DNA of 63,119 nt, filler included, from Neolecta irregularis DAH-3 (lineage: Eukaryota): the NCBI GenBank assembly GCA_001929475.1. It is 7 parts of 7 records of this genome, joined end to end, with 100 filler letters (N's around TTAATTAATTAA, not from the genome) between each part and the next. Parts side by side here need not be neighbours in the genome. Positions count along the whole stretch, not along the records: positions 55,657 to 63,119 come from LXFE01001167.1; 6 more parts are not named here. The stretch is one strand, 5' to 3'. This document shows positions 62,888 through 63,119 of this stretch, piece after piece. Each line of letters starts with the position of its first letter. Position 1 is the first letter of the stretch. The translations under genes and the position numbers were made by a program. The notes under the pieces are model-generated. The model was given only the letters and a program-made list of their open reading frames with translations. It searched no databases and had not been told where the DNA came from.

Positions 62888-63119
62888 TTCAAGTTTGTTA
62901 ATCTTTAATTCTTTGATATTGATTGTCCTTGAAAATCAAGATTAATTAATACCTTTTATTCGCCTCACTCCAACATTGTTTTCCTGATTTGTGGTCTCTT
63001 GCCCTAGTTCAAGGATTGACGACTTTATCCACTTACTGTTTGTATGTAGTTAGTCAGGCCTGCAGAATACCGCCCACCACTGAGAGCTATAACACCTAAA
63101 TCAATCTAACAAAGTCTCT

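Overview
Eukaryotic fungal DNA: very gene-dense, with tiny introns (mostly 31-45 nt). The gene content (dynamitin, class IV chitin synthase with Skt5, Cas1p O-acetyltransferase, a UHRF1-type SRA protein) and architecture suggest an early-diverging ascomycete such as the taphrinomycete Neolecta; this is inference. The window consists of 7 contig pieces joined by six artificial 100-nt spacers (44N-TTAATTAATTAA-44N), so adjacency across spacers is unproven. Core genes: KGD1, APN2, OSH1/SWH1, PAM17, a DHA1 MFS transporter, a peroxisomal enoyl-CoA isomerase, a 3-hydroxyacid dehydrogenase, dynamitin, PIC2, CHS3 and SKT5 head-to-head, PhyH, GUF1, NOT3/5, DTD1, a FUSC-type membrane protein, Cas1p, and the U1A/U2B'' C-terminus. 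There are also secreted orphans and a tandem pair of 7TM genes. Most notable observations: (1) an SRA/YDG plus bromodomain fusion gene, with a divergent bromodomain-like orphan nearby; (2) five very short solo-LTR-like elements with 5-bp TSDs and covarying hairpins; (3) a diverged ~530-bp non-coding direct repeat bracketing the MFS gene; (4) abrupt GC-rich islands over housekeeping genes next to assembly gaps, one carrying a tandem CRE-motif minisatellite; (5) highly degenerate splice donors. Gene models were spliced by eye, so boundaries are approximate.
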